This document shows, piece by piece, positions 51,082 to 63,929 of a DNA stretch of 64,000 nucleotides (position 1 is its first letter; each line of letters begins with the position of its first letter). The stretch is from Dicyema japonicum (Eukaryota; Animalia; Dicyemida). Below the pieces are notes generated by a model. The model worked only from the letters and a program-made list of their open reading frames with translations. It searched no databases and had not been told where the DNA came from. A program made the position numbers and the translations under genes. The stretch covers positions 333,772-397,771 of the forward strand of contig RDEW01000027.1 of assembly GCA_011109175.1 (NCBI GenBank), read 5' to 3'.

Positions 51082-54000
51082 ATGGGTAAATACAAATATT
51101 AAATTATAGCTGAAAATCCCACCAAATTCGAAGAATCCTCGTCTCAACATAGAATCTCAAAAATCATCGGTTTATTTAAAAATTACGTTCTAGGCGTTAC
51201 AGCCCGTCTTTTTCGTGATAATTATCACATAAAGAATGAAGATTTGGTTCGTTTGAAGAAAATGATGCCTAAAAGACCGGGTTTCGGGATTTCTGGGACA
51301 TTGATCCCTATTAGAGCTAACCATTTCAAAATAACGGTTCCTCAGATAACAATTTTTGAATACCACGTGTCAATAAGCCCCGAAAAATGCCCAAGAAGGA
51401 CAAACCGGTTTACAAATGGTATAAATTCAGGTGGGTAGTAGATAAGATCGTCTCTTTGAATATGCAAGATTTTATGAACAAAAGGCCTGTTTTTGATGGT
51501 CGACTGAGTCTTTTTTCCATTGAAAAACTTGCGGATTTCTTGTCCTATGAGTTTGGAGACGTCGAATCAAACCATAAACGGATTTTTCACGTGAAAATCA
51601 AATTCCACTCTGAAATTGACTTTTCTAAATTAAATGATGCCTTCCATGGGAGTATGACGGTGCCAGAAGGGGCGTTGGAGTGCATAAATGTGATCACACG
51701 GCACCATTTTAGTCTGAGGCAAGGAATTTGGCCACAATTTAGTCTGAAACCGGTCGGCCGATCATTTTTCCGTCCACCTCCTCATCCTCTAAGTTCGAGA
51801 CTGGGAGGAGGCAGGGAGGTTTGGTTTGGGTTTTTCCAAAACGTGAAACCCGGATTTGGGTCACCAATGTTGAATATTGATGGTTCTCGTTTTTCTTGAC
51901 CAAAGTTACCGCCACAGCGTTTTATAAACCTCAGTCGGTCTTCTCTTTTCTGTCTGAGCTGCTGGGCATTCGTTCTATTGACGAGAGATTTATGCTTTGT
52001 GACACTGACAGAAACAAACTACTTTTTGAGATCAAAGGTAAAGCCACGTGTGAGAAATTCACTCCCTCGGTTCTTTATCTTGCTAGGACTCAAAGTGGAG
52101 GTCGTGATACCCGGTCATGACATCAGACGGAGATACAGAGTCTCCAATGTGGTTCGTCGATCCCCGGAGATGATGACGTCTTAGTTGGCTTACATTTAAG
52201 GTTTCCCTTCACAAACAGAGACGGAGTCATGACGGATATAAGAATATCTGAGTATTTTTATCAAAAATATTCCTACGTTGTGAAGTACTTTTTTAGATAA
52301 TCCAGGTATCCCTGGCTCCCCTGCATTCAGGTCGGCAAGGAAGTAAATCAGACGTTTATTCCCTTGGAGGTTGTTTGTCAGCTCATTCTAGCTTTGTTTC
52401 ATTGTCCCTGGACAGCGCTGCCTAAAGAAACTGTCAGACAGCCAGACTTCTTCTATGATAAAGGTCACCGCCAAATCTGCTCCAATGAGAGCTGGGGAGA
52501 TATGCGACTTAGTTTGTTGATGTAAGGACTCATAGATTTACGAAAACGACCCAAATAATGACGAATACTTGAAGTCCTTCGGCCTCAAAGTGGACACTAG
52601 GATGACTCAGTTTTCAGCAAGGCTATTACAACCCCCACGACTGGAATATCAGAAACAGAATGAACAGTCTCCCAACATTGTTTCCCTTATTATAATATGT
52701 GGGGTCGTCCCTATTCGTGGAGTCTGGGATATGCGGGGAAAGAAGTTCTTCTTTGGAGTGACTGTACATGAGGTTGGGATCATAAACTTTACAAACGCAA
52801 AAAGTGACCCCGAGAATTCAATCAGTCAACAGATCATGTATTCCCTGTTTTTAATTCAGAAAATTCTACGATCATCTCAAGTCTGTCTCATACGAAGCAG
52901 GATTACTGTTCCCTGACCTCTTCTGTTTTCTTCACCACACAAATCGTTCAGAAATGGTGGAAAACGTCGTAAATCGGTTGTATTCGGATCACCCCGGCCT
53001 GGAATTATTGATTTGTATTCTCCCTGGAAAGACCACTGCATATGGTCAACCTCGGTTTTAATCCCAGCGGAGATTAAACGGCTGGGGACATTTCCTATGG
53101 ATTTGCTACTCAGTGTGTGCAGTTTAAAAACGTCCAGAAATGCTCACTCCAAACTCTGTCGAATCTCTGCCTTAAAATTAATGTAAAACTTGGGGGAATC
53201 AACAGTATTTTGCACTTTCCTCTGTCTCGGCGGTATTTTTTACTTTGAAATGTAGGCCGGAATATATGAGTGAGCCAATCATGTTTTTAGGTGCAGACAT
53301 CACGCATTGTAATTCAGGGAGAGAAGACCTTCCATAACATCTGTGGCTGTTTTAATCATTTTAGCTCGTGGCGAGCGTGGACGCCTTCCCTAGTCGTATA
53401 CATCAGTGGTGTCTTCACAGATCACTAAACAGGAGCATATCGTAGATTTGAGCGAAATGATGCTGACAATGCTTCAGAGATTTAGTTCTACCCTTAAAAC
53501 TATGCCACAGAAGTTGATTTTATATAGAGACGGGATCTCTGAGGGACAGTTTCATAAGGTTTACTTTTGGATGAGTTTGGATTCTCTTTCTGGAGGTGGC
53601 GGCCATTCGTGAGGCCTGTGCTCGGTTTAACAGGGAGTATTGTCCCGGGCTGACATACATTGCTGTACAGAAACGGCACCATACTCGATTATTTTCGATC
53701 CCTGAAAACGTTTGGATTGGCTAAGTTTAGCAGAGCGGCACAAATCTGGAAATGGCAGGGAATGTGCCTGCTGGGACGATTGTAGACAATCACATTACGA
53801 ACCCGGCAGAATTCGACTTTTTCCTTTGCTCCCACGCAGGTATTCAGGGCACGAGTCGTCCTTCTCATTACTACGTTCTTTTGGACGACAATCACTTTAC
53901 TGCTGATCAACTACAGAATATTACCTATCAACTCTGTCACACGTATGCACGATGTACTCGGAGTGTGTCCGTTCCTGCTCCGTCATTCTATGCCCATTTG

Positions 54001-54152
54001 GTGGCCATGCGTGCTCGTCATTACAATGTTGAGAAGGATTATAATATGTGAGTGGTGCATTTGAGTTTAGGGAGTCGTTTGACCCGGAGAGTACGATCTC
54101 TTCTTCTGTCAATTTGCATGATAAACTGAAGGGTGTTATGTATTTTGCATGA
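51082..54152 (+). CDS. AGO: Argonaute, AGO clade (N-PAZ-MID-PIWI; about 17 introns)
   Basis: [128 protein letters not shown]. Three 1-nt deletions at 53084-87, 53317-19 and 53397. Confidence 0.97.
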
Positions 54153-54264
54153 TTTTATGATTTAAGTTTTACTTTTTGTTAGGAAATTCATACAAATTGG
54201 TTTTATTTACTAAGAAGGTTTAGTTAGTGTTTATTAATTGGTGGAAATATCCAACCCCAAACGA

Positions 54265-54540
54265 TGTCTTTAGGCGGCTTTTGAATGAAGCGGTTATCCA
54301 TTTCTGCTCTAACCTATCGGCCTATGTAGGAATGATGGAAAACGGCCAGACTGGATGTCCATCTTTCCGTTTGAAGCCGGGATACTTCTGGTCTGGAACG
54401 TCACTTGCACGAATACTTTTGCCGCAAGCAACATACACCAGATGAAAACCGCAAGCCTGCTCAGCCGCTATATGGCGTGGAACTTTTCAGGTATCGCGAC
54501 ACAAACAACAGCACTAATTATTAAGCTCCTTGATCTTTTT
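54265..54540 (+). mobile_element. CRE-like REL endonuclease fragment
   Basis: NDGKRPDWMSIFPFEAG.LLVWNVTCTNTFAASN. Homologous to 10810-10900. Confidence 0.7.
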
Positions 54541-55155
54541 TGTCATAAAAATTACTTGAGTTAAATAGTATAATTATTATTTTTGAAAATTCATTTTTGG
54601 ACTAGATGAGATCCGGATCCTACGTAAATCAAAAACTTACTTGAGAACAGAAGATATAGACTTTCATCCATCACGTTTGGTCGTTAAAAGTCTAAGGGTT
54701 TAATAAATTTTTTTAAGCCTTGTTAAAATCTGAAGTTAATAGTATACTTTCCGATTGATAGATGTAACCGTTCATCCACTTATCTTGCGTATAGGCTGAA
54801 TGACTGATTCTTCGAGTTAAATCGTCTGGTTCGATTTATTAAGAATTTATGCTGGCCTTATGTCTAGTTAATATAAATTTTCAAACTGGCGAAAAGAGAA
54901 ATGCTCTTTATTTTTTGTTGCAAATCTCTGTATACGATCCTGTTCAGCATTGAGGTATTCACTGTTGATGGCTCCGACAAATCAAGAAGCACAGCGGATG
55001 TGTGGAACACCTGGATCTTTTCCCTCTGGTCTTCGAAATTTCATATTATTAAAATTTAAAAAAATCCATTAAAATTGAAAAAAATTGATTTGTTATATTT
55101 AAAATACAGAATTTTTGAATATTAAAATAATAAAAAATTTTTATTAAATGTACTG

Positions 55156-57565
55156 ATGGAGGTAGATGATGACGTGGAGTGTTATCTTAATGATTATATT
55201 GGATCTTTTTTGCCGACAAAGGAGGAAATCAACGATATCAAGAATCATTTAAACAATGAAATCAGGACAATAAATGTTCATTTTTTAATTATTTTCATAG
55301 CGTGATTTTGATTCCTCTTCTGATCTCCCGTTTGCTTATCTAAGTATACAGGAAGAACTAAAAATTCTCAAAACCCGTTTTTTGTGCTTAAAAAATAAAA
55401 AATCTGAACTTTTGACTGAATTTTCTAATTTTAGGAATTCCAATATGATAAAAGAGATAAATTCTCAAGCAAATGTGCAAGCACGTGCTTTACTGGAAGC
55501 GACGTTTTATTTTTATACACAAAAAATATCAAAATTATCGTATTTTATAATATTTCTATTTAAGAAATCAAATACAAGATAATCTGAACCGCGAAAATAT
55601 GTCCACGTGCGTTTCCTCGTTGGCTCAAATAGCTGCGCTTTACATTGAATTAAAGGACTCAAAATGCTCAGAATTAGTCGACTTTTGCAGACAAACAGTT
55701 CTTTACTGGCAAGATATGCTCTACCAGAATTTATCAAAGTAAATTTAAATTTAAGCTTAGTGAGTTGATGTGCATGATCTCTGCCGCCTTCCCCATTTTA
55801 TCCGTTAACCAGTCTCAAGGTGAGTTTCTTTGCGAAGATAATCGGCTGGTGATTCTCTTCGATTATTTTGACATACTTGAGTTGTTTTGAATCCCTTATT
55901 AAGGAAACACTTGATTGACCACGTGGGCTTTTCACGGTCGAGTGATCGGTATGTTTCTTTGATCTCTGTTACCTTGGCCGAATCTTTCATTAAGAGATTC
56001 CGCTTTCACTTTCAGCGGAATACCAAAACAAACTCACTCGCAAAGCCTGAGTGGTACCTCCAGCAAGTTCTAATGTGGATCTCTTCTAATATTGACTTCT
56101 TCTCAGTGACCCTTCGGCCTCTGATTCCTTCCAAATATAATATGTCCTTGGAAGTTTGTTTGGAAGTTTACTTTAGAAAGAATTTATTTGTCTATTGTTG
56201 GAGGCTGTGGTAGAGAAGATATCACAGGATTTGCCATCTTTTATTGATGAGGAGTATCTACTACTACATTTTATTGACGAGGTTCTATCATTTCAGAGAG
56301 GCTTACTGAGACTGAGTTGTGTCGATTCTGTTTCTATATTGATGGAATATTTATACAAAAATGACGAATTTTGTGAGAATTGGATTAGAATTGAGAACTA
56401 CAGTAATATGTTTGTTGTAACATTCCAGATGCTCTTTCAAATGCGAGAAATATAACTAAACGGTTAAACTCGGGGACTGAAGAAAAGGATGTAGTCAATG
56501 ACGTCATTTGTCTTGTTAATTCCGTTAAAGGTTTTTTTGTTGGAATTTTTGTAGATAGAATGATTCTGGTTGGTGATTTGAGGCTAAAGGGAGAATTGTT
56601 TGATGTCATTACTAAAATATTTGAGTTTCTTGTTGGTGAAGTCACAAAGTCACTATCTAATGTCCTTTATATTGAGAGTCTGTTTATTAACGCAAACATA
56701 ATCGGGGATATTTCCGCGTTGATGAACGAATGGAACATGAATATGGTTTTTATTGTTTTAATGGGAAGAATTTTTACGAAATTTACTATTTGAGGTCTGC
56801 TCACCGCTTTGAGACTATCAGTGAGCTGCTTGGACAGGCAACCGATGATTTGTACAGCTCTGGACCCTTCGACGACTTACTCAAGGATTACGATGAGTGT
56901 TCTGAGGGAACCCTTATGAGGGCTGTTTCGCAGATACAACACCAACTCGATAAAACATGTTGTGTCTGGCTGGCTGAAAAGTCAGTTTGTTACCCAAATA
57001 ATTTAGTTGGTCGACAAATAAGGAAACTGATAGTTTGAGTGAGGGAGCAGTGCAGACATACACGTGTGTTGAATCCGCCTTGAAGACTGCGAATCAAATC
57101 CTTTCTGAGGGGAATTTTTGGTCCTTTGTGAGACTTTTGGCTTGTATGATGGATAAATGGATTTATGAGAAGGTGGTTAGTGGAATATTACTTCTTAGAT
57201 TTTAAAACATACTCGGTTTAGTATTGCTGGAGCTAAACGAATGAACCACGAGGTCTTCGATGTTCTCGTTGGTGAATTATTTGATCAATATAAATCTCGA
57301 TATTTGGATCTTCAACAGGAATACTTTGTTTTGTGATATTTGTTGTTATTTTTGTAGTTGCACTGAAACATTCATTTTGTTAATGATTGATGGACTCACT
57401 GCTGAGATTGTGACTAAATTGATAATTTTATGTGAAATTGGGAAATCTTATAAAAAGCCCACACAGAAAGACTTTGATGATTTGAACTTGCTGCTGAAGG
57501 AATTGAAAATAAAAGTGCTTAAGCCGATTGAAACTTACCATATACTCAAAATACGTGATAATTGA
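55156..57565 (+). CDS. RINT1: RAD50-interacting protein 1 / TIP20 (ER-Golgi tether)
   Basis: FIKRFRFHFQRNTKTNSLAKPEWYLQQVLMWI and LLLHFIDEVLSFQR match RINT1 motifs. Introns of 22-26 nt. One missing T at 55885-88. Confidence 0.9.
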
Positions 57566-57749
57566 TTAATATTTTATTTTTGTTGAAATATTGATGTATT
57601 TATGATTTTTTGAAAACTCGTACTGATCGAGTGTCGTTACCATTAGTAACTAACGTGAGGGTTAGTGGTCTGCTTTAATGACTCTTCGATGTTTCTATAA
57701 CGACCGGTTCAAAAATAAGCTGTTCACCCAGACTTTCGTATTACTTTTT

Positions 57750-59150
57750 TTTAATGGATTTCGGCTTTCTGAAGCTGATTCGGATGATTTGCAAGTTGGA
57801 AGGGAAGAAGTCGTTCACAGAGGTAAAGTATTTTCCACGTAAAAGAGTCTTCCCTCTGGTATTTTGTTTCCGGTATCTAGTCGATTCCAACGGTCTTAGA
57901 TCTTCCATCGCCTTTCTTTTTTCGACAATCTGTCGGCAGAAGAGTTTTAAAGTCTTTCAATATCAACCATCTTCCACATCTACACTTGCGGATCATGCAA
58001 ACATTGAGCACCGAACCGGAGATAGATTTGTATTTGCGTTGAGTCGTTATCTAAAAGAGTTTGAGTGATGCGCAAGGAAGAGATCTGAGCAGACACCTCT
58101 TTCATTTTTAGATGAGGATTCTAAGCATTCCTGCCGATGTTGAATTAATTTCGGTTTAATTATATTAAGGTATTGGTACAAAAAGATTGTCCTAGGTGCT
58201 GTTTTTCCAAGTTTTTGGGTCCCAAGGTTGTCACCTATCTATGGGAGCGTCGTTCAAGCGTCCGTTAAGACTTCTATGTTCTTGTTAACCATCGTTTTCT
58301 TGAGAGATCGATGGTAAGTAAATAAGTAACCAACAAGAGTTCTCGTACTTCGAATCCTATTCACAACTCGAGAAATATTTGAAGAGAACGCGTTTTAGCT
58401 ATTGAGGCTGAAAGACTGGGATTCCTATGCATGGGTAACTTTTTTTATCAAATAGGTTTCCATCTTTGATCTGAGATTCAGTGACGACTTCTATCATTTG
58501 ATGTTTACTTCTATTAAAACTGAACAACGTTCTTTACAGTTTCTTGAGGATGTAACAGCTTGAATCGATAATATCTTTTTCCGTTCTGCTGTTGAACGTC
58601 TCGCAAATTTCAAAATCGATGACCAAGGCTTTTGATTGTGGAAGATTCATGATCAATGTCTTCTCGATAATAAGTATTTGGACTCACTTTGACTATGTTA
58701 CAGTCCGCATCGGGATTTCCATAAGACCGAGATTAAAAATATACCAAGCACATCATTACGATGAAGTGGAACTGTCGATACCTATGGAGACCATGCTCTT
58801 TCTTAGTGAAGAAATGTAAGGAGATTCCCGAGACGTAATTCACTAAATGATGTCATTAAATGTGCATTGGAGGTTGTTGAATATTTCCGCTTGCTTGGAC
58901 AGGAGACGGAAAACTGCTTGATGGAATAAAACTATTTCTGTTAGAGGAGGGGAAGCCACTAGTATTGAACGCCACATGTATCAAATCCCTATCTCCTAAT
59001 AACATCATTGGGAGTGCAGTAAAGGCACTATTCGCTGCAGTAAAGGTGAAAAGGCTAAAGAGAAAAAATACAAAAAGCTCCTTCATCAGTTCATGTTTTT
59101 GCAGTTTCTATCAAGACAACTTGAGCAATAAGAAAAAAGTTTTTGTCTTT
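57750..59150 (-). mobile_element. Decayed APE-RT LINE
   Basis: VVLIET, MLLGD..AFN and LLTIDLS motifs in broken frames. Confidence 0.45.
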
Positions 59151-59689
59151 CCTCAAGAAACTGGATGTCCGCCCACATTCAAGAGCTGCGACGTTTGCGA
59201 AATCCAGTTGGCTCCTCCAGCTGATTCCGATAACTCCCATGAAAGGCAACACCGTGTCAAACAATTAGAAATTAATTGGTTATATTCTGAGTTTTGTTTG
59301 TTAGTTAATTCCACTCCCGAATTTCCCATAAACATATGAATACTTAGGGTTGCGCTTAGTCATACCCCCTTTATCCTTTTGTATACCTTTTCCCATCCAT
59401 CTTTACTCCTTACTATTCTTTCTACTTTTTTCTTCCGTCAAACTTTCCTCCTTGCATGTTTCCGCATGTCATCGAGGTCGTAGCTTTCGTCTGATGACAT
59501 CAGATCTGACAGCCGTGGGTTCGAATCCAAAGAAGGACTTTTCAACGAAGGTAAATTCTAGTAAAGATCATAAAGTGAGGCCACGAGTCTTTCTGGCACG
59601 ACATAGTTGAAAAGGATCTTCCTGTATTTCTCTCTGGCCAACTCCACTGATGAAGATTACCATTATGAAAACTCTTCCGCCGAAGAATT

Positions 59690-59850
59690 AAGTGATGTCC
59701 GCGAAGGTAGGACGTAGATGGAAATGAAAGAGGGCGGACCTACTTCTCCACCTCTATTCTAAAGCTTTAGTGGACTATAAGAAAATGGATTTGGTCAACG
59801 CAAGCAGACGTTCTCCTTGGGTTCCTTCCTTGGATTAATTAGTTTTACTA
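59690..59850 (+). repeat. Interspersed repeat (second copy at 62310-62500)
   Basis: Shared gaagagg.cg.a.ctact..tc.acctct.ttct..tggactat..atggatttggtc..gggttccttccttggattaattag. Confidence 0.7.
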
Positions 59851-60059
59851 TTGGAAAAAAAGATAGAGGAGAAAGGAGTTGGCTCATTGAGCGCATTTCC
59901 CTGCAGATCGTCCAAATGCGTTCTCGATTCTGAGAGCATCCAAGTTGTTAATTGTTATTTTTTATAAATATTTATTTTGAATTATAAAAAAATTATTAAT
60001 TAAAATTGATAATCATAAAAACGTAGGATTTAAGGGTGTACCTGAAAAGTAAAATACCC

Positions 60060-60392
60060 TCAGTTTATTTAACCAACCTTCAGAGCCGCGTGGCGCCATG
60101 TGGTGCTGCGTGGTTAGTTGGTTAAAGTTTTCTGCTTGCTTGTCTGTTCCTTTTCTCTTTTCCTATTAGAGTGGCGTCATGTGATCCACCTGTCTAGGTG
60201 CCGCCCAGTGCCAGGCCGACACGAAAAAGGATCATTTGCTCTCCCCCACTCCACTGGAGGGGTTTCCACAACTGCATGTAATGGACGTCTTACCTTTTTG
60301 CTGATTCCGGATGGACTCTTTGTAGAAGTGGAAACTGGATACACTTAATTAGTTGTTTACTTTAACTTCTTTCTCGGTGTATCCGGGGTTAA
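60060..60392 (+). mobile_element. Complete 333-bp non-autonomous LINE derivative
   Basis: 10-bp flanking direct repeat TAAAATACCC (60050-59, 60393-402). 5' head shared with the LINEs; 3' hairpin tail. No APE or RT coding. Confidence 0.8.
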
Positions 60393-60488
60393 TAAAATAC
60401 CCAACAGCATAATTAGCCGTCCTATATAAATTGACTTGTCGTCATCAATAAATAACTCAATTATACAGCGATTTCTCAAACCTCATCA

Positions 60489-62128
60489 ATGTATGCTTGC
60501 ACTCTGCTCGGAATGTATAACTTTTGTGCGGACATGACTGACAGAGTTAGCCTCGGCACATCTATTCTTCTATGGTATCGGAAATGTCCGCAAGTCCTAG
60601 GTATTCTAATAATCATCATAAGCTAGAATATCACGAAAGTGTTTGCAAGATGGCGTACAAGCAAAGATCTACTCCACCCGAAACGTCCAGATTGAAGACC
60701 AGCTTCAGACCAGTCTTAGATTTAAGAAAGGGCAATTTGGTAGATCCTAGAAAAGAATCGTTGGCAAAAAATTCCATTTTGAAAATTCTGGGAGTCATCC
60801 TTCCAATTTTGATTGTAGCAGTGCTAGTTTTTGTTTTTTATCGAAAATTATTCCTGAAAAAGGTTAGCGAAGACGCAAATGGCAACACATGCTAAATATA
60901 CTTATAATCAATTTACAGCGACATATTCTAGTATGCAGTATATTCTAAGGCATTGCTGCCAGGTCTCATTTTTCGAAGATCACATTATTTTTAGAATTTT
61001 CTCACTAAAAAAAGTAAAAATCCTGAAGAAGGTTCAAAAACTGGAGCCTCGAAAGAGGACTACTCTGAACTGACTATTAAAAAATTATTGGAGACCAAAA
61101 CTATCCATCTGGAGATGACCACCGCGATAGCAATTTTGGTCTTTGTCTTTAATCACTTACAGGAATGCATGGAAAGACTACTTAACAAAAAAAACGACGA
61201 CTTTGAAATCATCCAACATCAAAGTCGTCCCGAAAATCTCTCTGTAGCCTTAACTACTGAGAATCTTCGAAAAAACAAGGATTCCCGCTTCGTTCCATGT
61301 ATTAGCAAAATTATCACTCCAGATGATTCCTCACGGTTTGTGCTCACTCAGTCCTCTCAAAACTATATTAATGCCAGCGTAATTGTAAGTTTCCCTCCAA
61401 TTCCTCTAGAAAGATTACTTTGTGAAGAATTTATCCTACATAATCACTCAAATCCCCTTTTCTGAAGAAACTACGGTCGACTTTTGGCAGGTTTTAGTCT
61501 CGAATAAGCGATTAGATGGTTTGGGAGGCGAAAAGTGGAATCGTTGTGTTTTTTCTTCAGCCTAAGGAGTTTGGAGACGTGATCTCTGACATCTGGCCTT
61601 TGTTGAATCTCAAAAATGATCGTTTTGAAGTTATTTAATCATTTCCATAGCTTAGGTCGACATCCTTTCTGTAAACAACTCCCACGGCTTATTCAGAGTG
61701 AATACCCTATATATACGGGAAAAGAGTACGACTAAAACTCGAATAATTATTAATTTCTGTTTTTTGAACTTCAATGAGGCGGGATTACCTGAGTTTCTGG
61801 AAGAATTTTTAATTTTTAGACGGTAAGTTGACTGATTAAAATTAAGGCTAATCGAAGAGTCCTACGAGTCCTCACCAAGCACGATGATCGTCGGCTGTTC
61901 AAACGGAGGAGGAAAAAGTGGGCTGTTTGTTCTTGTTGATTTAACCCTTAAACGAATATGTGCTAATTCTAAGCAAATTGATCTCAGGGGAGCCTTGGAG
62001 TTCTTGCAGGAGCACAGAACGGTATCCTAGAAAATAATGTGTGTTGATTTGGAGTATTATAGGAACAATATTTTTTTGTTGTTTCTGCAATCGCTGAAGA
62101 AGTGAAGGCGATTTTAAAGTCACATTAA
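60489..62128 (+). CDS. PTPRN: IA-2/PTPRN-like receptor-type pseudophosphatase (signal-like N-terminus, short ectodomain, one TM helix, one PTP domain)
   Basis: ENLRKNK..FVPYDSSR..NYINAS.I, TVDFWQMVWE and FRR..SY..IVGCSNGGGKS..VLVD..K.ID..ALEFL.EHR. The ending AIAEEVKAILKSH* matches IA-2 AVAEEVNAILKAL. Two 1-nt deletions (60857-61, 62021-22). The 5' exons are tentative. Confidence 0.8.
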
Positions 62129-62539
62129 ATTGATAGTTTATTTCAACTCAAAAATTATTATTATTTAATAGAAATTAACTGTTTTTAAAACATCCAATTT
62201 TGGATAAATTTTAATTAAATTTAATCCATAAATGGAATTTAAATAAAAATAGAAATTAATCCAATCCCTGACTAAATCCTCTGGTGAAGATTATGAAAAC
62301 TAAGACGTGTGATGAAAATGGAAGAGGACGAATCTACTTTCTCACCTCTTTTCTGAAGCGGAAGCCTGTAATGGACTATTGGAGGATGGATTTGGTCGGC
62401 ACATGCTGACGATCTTCCTCGGGTTCCTTCCTTGGATTAATTAGCTATGACTATTTGTTCTGTGCTTACCAAAGATTGTAAGCCTGCGGTTAATAGATAT
62501 ATAAGTTAGATACTTCGAAAAACCTAATTTATTTATTCT

Positions 62540-62740
62540 GTTGACATAACATCAAACCGGACCGACTCCTCTGGTGGCCTTTATGTGACTGGACTCAAGA
62601 ATGCGGCCCCGTAAATTCAATCAACCGCCCAGTACAATCATGCGCGGAACGAGTGAGGAACACCGGACCAAGATGAGGCATCTAATAGGGATTACGTTAT
62701 AATTAGTTTGGAGCAACTGTGGTCTTGGGGTGTTAAATAA
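62540..62740 (+). mobile_element. LINE 3' fragment (ACCGTGGTC-tail family)
   Basis: Homologous to 32760-32970. Confidence 0.7.
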
Positions 62741-63289
62741 TAATTCCTCCTGTGCTCTAACATTGAAAATTTATGATGTACTAACCTTCCAAACACCTTA
62801 TTCTATAAATCCTTCTCAATACTTTGAAAACTCCCCAAAATATTAACTGACCTCATTACCAAAAATAAAAGCACTACAAAATTCCCTTTCTTGTTGGAAT
62901 CGGTTTTCTTTTGTCGCCTGGGATCATCGAGGAAATTCCCTTTTTCTTTAACCAAGTGATCTTGAAGCAATAAAATTAAAAAATCAATAATTTCGAAAAT
63001 CAAAGTTAATTTAAAAATCGATTATATAATTCAAATTTTTTGGTATTCTCAAGGTTTTATAGGTTCTCCGTTTTTTTCGCCCTCAGTTCTCTTGGCACGT
63101 CATCGAACTGAGTTGTTAACTCCACCAGGTGATTGGTTGCTGTAACCAAATCCTCCTAGATAGTGGATGCTCCTATTTATTCTCAACCAGCATGCTCTCT
63201 AATGTCTTCTTGATGAAGACGGATTGAATGTACGTTCTAGTTGGTGTTTCAATAGTGATAGCTCCCAAGTGAGATTTATAAGACTTAAA

Positions 63290-63530
63290 AAAGACACCGT
63301 CCCATGTTAAAACAATACAGAGAGCAATGAAAACCGGCTGTCCGCTTTCACTCTCTATATCTGACTATCTAGAAAATGCGGGAATCTATGGAGAATGAGA
63401 CAGTCCCCGTTTCTACCAATTCTGTTGGATCTTCGAGGACCCTGAACGAGAGCCAGAACCCGGAAAACCGGGATCACTTAGTTAGTAGTTAACTTTTAAT
63501 TTTTCTAATCCGGTGATCTTGGGGTAAAGA
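63290..63530 (+). mobile_element. LINE 3' fragment
   Basis: Ends cgggatcacttagttag..ccggtgatcttgggg, the shared hairpin tail. Confidence 0.6.
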
Positions 63531-63929
63531 AAACAATAGGGATGACCTTAACTCGAGCAATAAAGTAGCTTGAGTTCTCCGGTCAATAAGTCATATTTAT
63601 GCAACTTCTCTACTTCACTGCGCTTTAATAACCCTTGAGAAGTAATTCCAATCTTGATGATTACAACTTCACCTTATCATAGACAAAAATATCAGGTTTA
63701 CTGAATTTAACCTGCATAAAAAACACAGTCCTTCCCGCTAGGAGTAGGTAAATGTTATCATTACTTAAACCCCCTTAGGCAGAACTCACATTTATTTTAA
63801 AAAGCAAGAACAGTAGTGTTAATTAATCCAAGACATTGTGTTCTTGACTGTCGTTCTTCTGCACTGTTGAGACACTGATGACGACGTCACTTGTCAACCC
63901 CAAAGTAGATGTGTTGAACCTTCAACCGA

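Noticed and set aside
60060-60160. HDV-like ribozyme (Pr77-type) at the LINE 5' head
   Set aside because: CGTGG(T/C)GCCA recalls the L1Tc/Ingi leader, but I found no upstream strand able to pair with GCCATGT as P1 in any copy, so the nested pseudoknot is unsupported.
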